A stretch of 64,000 nt of DNA from Carcharhinus amblyrhynchos. Taxonomy: Eukaryota. Position numbers and translations under genes: made by a program. The stretch lies in contig OZ336872.1 in NCBI GenBank assembly GCA_965287045.1, forward strand, positions 42,036,001-42,100,000. The letters are read 5' to 3'. The notes below the pieces were generated by a model. It was not told where the DNA came from and did not search any database. It saw only the letters and a list, made by a program, of their open reading frames with translations. This document shows, piece after piece, positions 63,781 to 64,000 of the stretch; the stretch's first letter is position 1; each line of letters opens with the position of its first letter.

Positions 63781-63959
63781 TTCTTTGATATTGTTGACAG
63801 TATTCCAAATCTTTTTTGTTAAGCGGACAAAGTCCATTCCCAACCAATACCACTTTCAGGTTATATTGCAATGAAGCTTGGAAAGTTGTTAAGGCTGCTA
63901 CATATGTATATGAATCATACTAATTGTAACAGTGAATTAGTACCATAACTTTCACAATT

Positions 63960-64000
63960 GGGGCAGCATAGTGGCACAATGGTTGGCACTGCTGCCTCAC
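63960..64000 (+). mobile_element. HE1-like SINE 5' end, truncated by window edge
   Basis: ggggcagcatagtggcacaatggttggcactgctgcctcac. Confidence 0.85.

Noticed and set aside
59902-64000. Upstream FOXP1 exon (…QEFYKKQQEQL…)
   Set aside because: Not found; likely beyond the right edge. ORF 63555-63758 has no FOXP similarity.

Overview
Vertebrate genomic DNA, most likely a shark or other elasmobranch, judged from HE1-type SINEs, Deu-domain SINEs and CR1/L2/RTE/Penelope debris. The whole window lies inside one large gene on the minus strand, FOXP1. Eight consecutive coding exons are present with canonical GT-AG sites and consistent phases: 59745-59901, 57570-57765, 35944-36048, 27711-27798, 16535-16618, 6408-6609, 6135-6211 and 5464-5565. 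They encode the end of the Q-rich region, the C2H2 zinc finger, the leucine zipper, the PLNLV CtBP motif and the first part of the forkhead domain. The gene's start and end are outside the window. The rest is intron filled with decayed transposons, a few repeat-free blocks that look like conserved non-coding elements, and one 228-N gap. Almost all ORFs in the supplied track are spurious. I see no new protein-coding system. The most unusual signals are: (1) Penelope-type fold-back insertions with target-site duplications and minimal hammerhead ribozyme cores; (2) a 28-bp segment in one hairpin's loop matching a site 5.7 kb away; (3) two local inverted duplications; (4) a Ser-to-Pro change in the FOXP RRRxS motif; (5) a candidate internal promoter and a CTCF site. 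Human and paralogue comparisons are from memory, and repeat boundaries are approximate.
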